From an uncultured Flaviramulus sp. (GTDB lineage Bacteria > Bacteroidota > Bacteroidia > Flavobacteriales > Flavobacteriaceae): a stretch of 64,000 bases of DNA. The notes under the pieces are model-generated. The model had not been told where the DNA came from. It searched no databases and worked only from the letters and a program-made list of their open reading frames with translations. The position numbers and the translations under genes are program-made. The stretch's first letter is position 1, and each line of letters begins with the position of its first letter. The stretch covers positions 17,020 through 81,019 of the forward strand of contig CANKVS010000007.1 of NCBI GenBank assembly GCA_947487155.1. The letters run 5' to 3'. This document shows positions 60,651-64,000 of this stretch, piece after piece.

Positions 60651-61770
60651 TAGTTTTGCTTAAAAGATATTTCAAATGTACAATACAAATACATAAAAAC
60701 ACACCCAAGTAAACAATAAAGAGTAACCACATTACCGATGTTGAAAACAGCTTTGATAGTACTGATGGAAATATTAAAACAGCTTCTGAAAACAAAACCG
60801 TAATCCCATAGCAAATCCACGTTTTTATGTTAATTTTTATTGGTATAAATATCCAAATAAAAGGGAGGTAGCATCCTAAAAATAAAAAATGAAGATAGGC
60901 TATAAGTATAAATCTGTTTTCTTCAACTAAAGAGGCAAACAGTGGAAGGCTTCCAGCTATATTTATAACCACAATACATAACAGGATATAGTAAATTAAT
61001 TTATAAATAGTCTCTTGGTTTTGAAACTGTTTTTTGATGCTAAAAAGAATACTGAAAAGTAATATAGCCCCAATGCCACCAAGCGTGTTTATTAGCCAAT
61101 AATTAAAACTATAATTTAATGAATGCGTGTATAGTAATACCGAACAAAGTGTAATTAATAAAACTTGTTTTCTTTTAAGTGAAACAGCGGTTTTTTGAAA
61201 TACTATGGCTAGTAACCAAACTAAAAAAGATCCTAAATATTGAAAGTGCAAATAGAAAAATATGGCTTGTTGATACCAAGGCGATTCTTGCATTTTAAAA
61301 ACCATTAAAGGGCCTAAGCAATAAGGTCCTATAGATGAAATAAAGTGAAATAAAATACCAACTTTTATAAGGGATACTAGATTTTTATTTCCGTTAAGGC
61401 GTTTCCAAAGGCGAATAAGTAATATATAGCTAATCCATAAATGGAGGGTTGAAAATGTTATAGAAATCAGTGCATAACCTTGAATGATAAATGCGACTAA
61501 CATAACTGATAAACAAATTTGTAGAGCTATATAATACAAAAAAGAAAGACGGTCTATTCCCTTTGTGAAAAACGTCCAAAGTAAAACGATAAAGGCATTG
61601 AAAACAAACCCCAAAAGCATAACATGGGAATGCGAATGCAATACATTTTTTATAGGAAATCCAGTAAAAGCACCAGTGAAAGCATGCCTAAGCACTAAAC
61701 CTATTAAAGCGCCTAGTATTCCAAATAGTAATGGGTAAAACCATAACTGCTTAATAGATGCAGGTTTCAT
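60628..61770 (-). CDS. Polytopic membrane protein of unknown function embedded in the bio cluster.
   Basis: 380 aa with about 12 predicted TM helices and a conserved HSHSH segment near the N-terminus. It overlaps the bioA start by 23 bp. Confidence 0.5.
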   Translation of the reverse strand: MKPASIKQLWFYPLLFGILGALIGLVLRHAFTGAFTGFPIKNVLHSHSHVMLLGFVFNAFIVLLWTFFTKGIDRLSFLYYIALQICLSVMLVAFIIQGYALISITFSTLHLWISYILLIRLWKRLNGNKNLVSLIKVGILFHFISSIGPYCLGPLMVFKMQESPWYQQAIFFYLHFQYLGSFLVWLLAIVFQKTAVSLKRKQVLLITLCSVLLYTHSLNYSFNYWLINTLGGIGAILLFSILFSIKKQFQNQETIYKLIYYILLCIVVINIAGSLPLFASLVEENRFILIAYLHFLFLGCYLPFIWIFIPIKINIKTWICYGITVLFSEAVLIFPSVLSKLFSTSVMWLLFIVYLGVFLCICIVHLKYLLSKTNDITTTR

Positions 61771-62391
61771 TTATAACGTCTCTAAAGTAGATTTAAATAA
61801 ATTGGCGTATTCTTTTATTACATTTTTATCAAAATAAGGTTCTTCATCAATTCGTCCAATTACAGGAGTATCAGTTATTTTTTTAATAATATGTTCTGTA
61901 GATTGGTGTTCGTTTCCACTAAAAAGAATGGCAACATCAAATCCTTTTTCTTTTAAAGTATTAACCGTTAATAGTGTATGGTTAATGCTTCCTAAATAAT
62001 GTCTGGAGACTACAATGACTTTGTAATTGGGTTTTATAAGGTCTAAAATGGTGTCATTATTATTTAACGGAACTAATAATCCTCCGGCACCTTCAATAAC
62101 CAAGTTGTTTTTAGTTTTTGGTACAGTAATTTTGGATGTATCAATAGTTAAATTATCAATTTCTGCAGCTGCATGCGGGCTCATAGGCGTATTTAAGGCA
62201 TAAGCATTTTTATGGAACTTAGATTTACTATTAGAGACTAAACGCTCAACTTTTTTAGTATCGCAATGGCTTAATTCTCCTGCTTGAACTGGTTTCCAAT
62301 AATCGGCTTCTAAAGCTTCAGTTAATATTGCCGAGGCTATTGTTTTTCCAACATCGGTTGAAATTCCTGTGATGAAATATGTTTTTGGCAT
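61771..62391 (-). CDS. bioD: Dethiobiotin synthetase.
   Basis: N-terminal P-loop GISTDVGKT; 206 aa. Confidence 0.85.
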   Translation of the reverse strand: MPKTYFITGISTDVGKTIASAILTEALEADYWKPVQAGELSHCDTKKVERLVSNSKSKFHKNAYALNTPMSPHAAAEIDNLTIDTSKITVPKTKNNLVIEGAGGLLVPLNNNDTILDLIKPNYKVIVVSRHYLGSINHTLLTVNTLKEKGFDVAILFSGNEHQSTEHIIKKITDTPVIGRIDEEPYFDKNVIKEYANLFKSTLETL

Positions 62392-62400
62392 TTATACGTC

Positions 62401-62421
62401 ATGCTGAACTCGTTTCAGCAT
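62401..62421. repeat. GAACTCGTTTCAG-family palindrome (atgctgaactcgtttcagcat).
   Basis: A near-perfect hairpin between bioD and the GIY-YIG gene. Confidence 0.6.
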
Positions 62422-62437
62422 CTCACAATTTATGTTA

Positions 62438-62716
62438 TTAATAATCCAATATTTTTAAAGTAGGGTTTACTGTTTTAATTAAATTCAGTTTCCATTCTTT
62501 ATGCCAGTTTTTCAATTGCTTTTCTCTTTTAATGGCTTGCTCAATATCTGAAAATGTTTCGAAATAGATTAAATCTTTGACATTATATTTTTTCGTGAAT
62601 TTTGAGGCAATTTCATCATAATGTTCATTAAGTCGTTTTGAAAGATTTGTCGTAACTCCAATATAAAATGTCATTCTGTATTTGTTAGTTAATATGTACA
62701 CATAACTTGATTTCAT
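62438..62716 (-). CDS. Small GIY-YIG nuclease-domain protein.
   Basis: 92 aa with YVYILTN...FYIGVT...RLNEH motifs (GIY-x10-YIG ... R ... E) of the GIY-YIG superfamily. Confidence 0.75.
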   Translation of the reverse strand: MKSSYVYILTNKYRMTFYIGVTTNLSKRLNEHYDEIASKFTKKYNVKDLIYFETFSDIEQAIKREKQLKNWHKEWKLNLIKTVNPTLKILDY

Positions 62717-62728
62717 AATAAATAATGC

Positions 62729-62752
62729 GACCCTGAAACAAGTTCAGGGTGA
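62729..62752. repeat. GAACTTGTTTCAG-family palindrome (gaccctgaaacaagttcagggtgac).
   Basis: A perfect 20-bp palindrome ccctgaaacaagttcagggt between the GIY-YIG gene and bioF. Confidence 0.65.
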
Positions 62753-63901
62753 CGATGACACAAAAGTACTAAGTAATTGCAACACTTCTACTATTTCTTT
62801 TTCAGAATTAAAGCTATGCAAACAAAAGCGTAAGCGTTCTTCACCTTTTAAAACCGTTGGCGATAAAATGGGTTTTACATTAAACCTGTGTGTTTGAATT
62901 TTTTGAGCGATAGACTTCACTGTTTTATTTCCTGAAATAATACAACAATGAATTGCAGAATGACTTTCTATAAAGATATTTTGAAGTTGATTTTTAACGA
63001 TTTCAGTTTTAAATAATGCTATATTTTTATGCAGATTACCTCTGTTTTTTGTAGAAATTAATGCTGTATAAGCTGAATGAATTGTTGCTAATGCATGCGG
63101 AGGTAATGCGGTTGTATATATGAAGCTTCGCGCAAAATTTATTAAATAGTGTTTTAAACTTTCGCTACCAAGAATTGCTGCACCATGGCAACCTATGGCT
63201 TTACCAAAAGTTATTAAACGAGCAAAAACTTCATTTTCAAGATTTAATTTTTGTACAAGTCCTACACCATGTTCACCAAAAATACCAACGGCATGTGCTT
63301 CATCAATTATTAAATAAGCATTGTTGGTTTTAACTATTTGTGACATGGATACTAAATCTGGGGAATCGCCGTCCATAGAAAAAACAGATTCAGTAACCAC
63401 ATATACTGTTTCATCTTCCTGAACTCGTTTTAACATCTCATCAAGATGAGTTAAATTATTATGTTTAAACTTATAAGTTTTTGCTTTTGATAATTGAATA
63501 CCATCACGAATGGAAGCATGTATAAACTCATCATATAAAATAATATCACCACGTTGCGGTACGCTAGAGAAAAACCCAATATTGGCGTCGTATCCAGAAT
63601 TAAAAATTAGGGCAGATTCACAATTGTGAAAATCAGATAGAATATTTTCAACACTATTAAACAATGCATAATTACCAGAAAGCAATCGCGAACCTGTTGC
63701 GCCGTTTTGTGTTATATGATGCGTATTTAAATATTTATGAGTGTTTTTAAAAATAGTTTCAGATTTTGAAAACCCTAAATAATCGTTAGATGAAAAATCA
63801 ACCAGATTTAATGACGCATTTAATTGCCTTAAAGCATTATTTTCTTTTCGCTTATCTAGTTTTTGTTGGAGTTTTTTAGGAATCATGAGGTAAAGATACA
63901 A
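62744..63901 (-). CDS. bioF: 8-amino-7-oxononanoate synthase.
   Basis: Class-II aminotransferase (alpha-oxoamine synthase) with a PLP Lys in TFGKAIG; 385 aa. Confidence 0.85.
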   Translation of the reverse strand: MYLYLMIPKKLQQKLDKRKENNALRQLNASLNLVDFSSNDYLGFSKSETIFKNTHKYLNTHHITQNGATGSRLLSGNYALFNSVENILSDFHNCESALIFNSGYDANIGFFSSVPQRGDIILYDEFIHASIRDGIQLSKAKTYKFKHNNLTHLDEMLKRVQEDETVYVVTESVFSMDGDSPDLVSMSQIVKTNNAYLIIDEAHAVGIFGEHGVGLVQKLNLENEVFARLITFGKAIGCHGAAILGSESLKHYLINFARSFIYTTALPPHALATIHSAYTALISTKNRGNLHKNIALFKTEIVKNQLQNIFIESHSAIHCCIISGNKTVKSIAQKIQTHRFNVKPILSPTVLKGEERLRFCLHSFNSEKEIVEVLQLLSTFVSSSP

Positions 63902-64000
63902 AGACCTTTTATGAGAACCTGCAAGGTTTAAAAAACATAAGTGTTCGGAAGAGTTCTAAGCAGAACTAAATAGTTGTGATTTGCTAGGATCTCCATCGCA

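Noticed and set aside
1-64000. CRISPR arrays, tRNA or rRNA genes, integrases or transposases.
   Set aside because: Scanning the intergenic regions found no regularly spaced direct repeats, no cloverleaf-capable 70-90-nt GC-rich segments and no recombinase-like ORFs. The palindromic repeats present are dispersed singletons, not arrays.

Overview
The window reads as ordinary chromosome from a low-GC Bacteroidetes genome of the Flavobacteriia type. Three things point that way: a T9SS C-terminal sorting domain, two 'four-helix-bundle / 23S-rRNA-IVS' genes, and GAACTTGTTTCAG- and GTCATTCCC-type intergenic palindromes. It is densely coding (about 65 CDS) with no rRNA, tRNA, CRISPR, integrase or transposase that I could recognise. 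Recognisable housekeeping blocks include the following. The sdhC-sdhA-(4HB)-sdhB succinate dehydrogenase operon lies on the minus strand at 1-3834. lysC, pepP and thiL are present. A long suf Fe-S assembly operon (sufA-like, sufB, sufC, sufD, sufS, sufE, DUF59/SufT-like) runs 21198-30919 and is interrupted by several non-suf genes and repeat elements. hflX, queD and an lpxH-like metallophosphoesterase follow, then an acyl-ACP desaturase/plsC pair, an ECF sigma with an anti-sigma/TonB-C protein, and an NfeD/flotillin pair. A bio cluster (bioF, GIY-YIG, bioD, membrane protein, bioA, KAS) runs to the end of the window. The most interesting region is a tightly packed six-gene plus-strand operon at 33096-40289. 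It encodes a REC-only response regulator, a membrane-anchored HEAT-repeat protein, a processive family-2 glycosyltransferase (QxxRW), a polytopic alkaline-phosphatase-superfamily (LtaS/BcsG/OpgB-like) transferase fused to C-terminal TPRs, a TPR plus outer-membrane beta-barrel protein, and a small KsgA/Erm/PmtA-like methyltransferase. I read it as a candidate synthase-dependent exopolysaccharide (Pga/Bcs/Pel-like) secretion system carrying its own polymer-decorating enzymes, in an architecture I do not recognise as described. A second notable cluster at 16161-20622 encodes two beta-propeller surface proteins followed by an MbnP-like lipoprotein and an MbnH-like di-haem cytochrome c peroxidase. 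That cluster is flanked by three paralogous small Cys/His zinc-ribbon genes. Other points: paralogous four-helix-bundle genes inserted in both the sdh and suf operons, a solitary HARE-HTH + PD-(D/E)xK-like nuclease gene, a 42-bp sequence repeated 12 kb apart, and several families of intergenic palindromic repeats.
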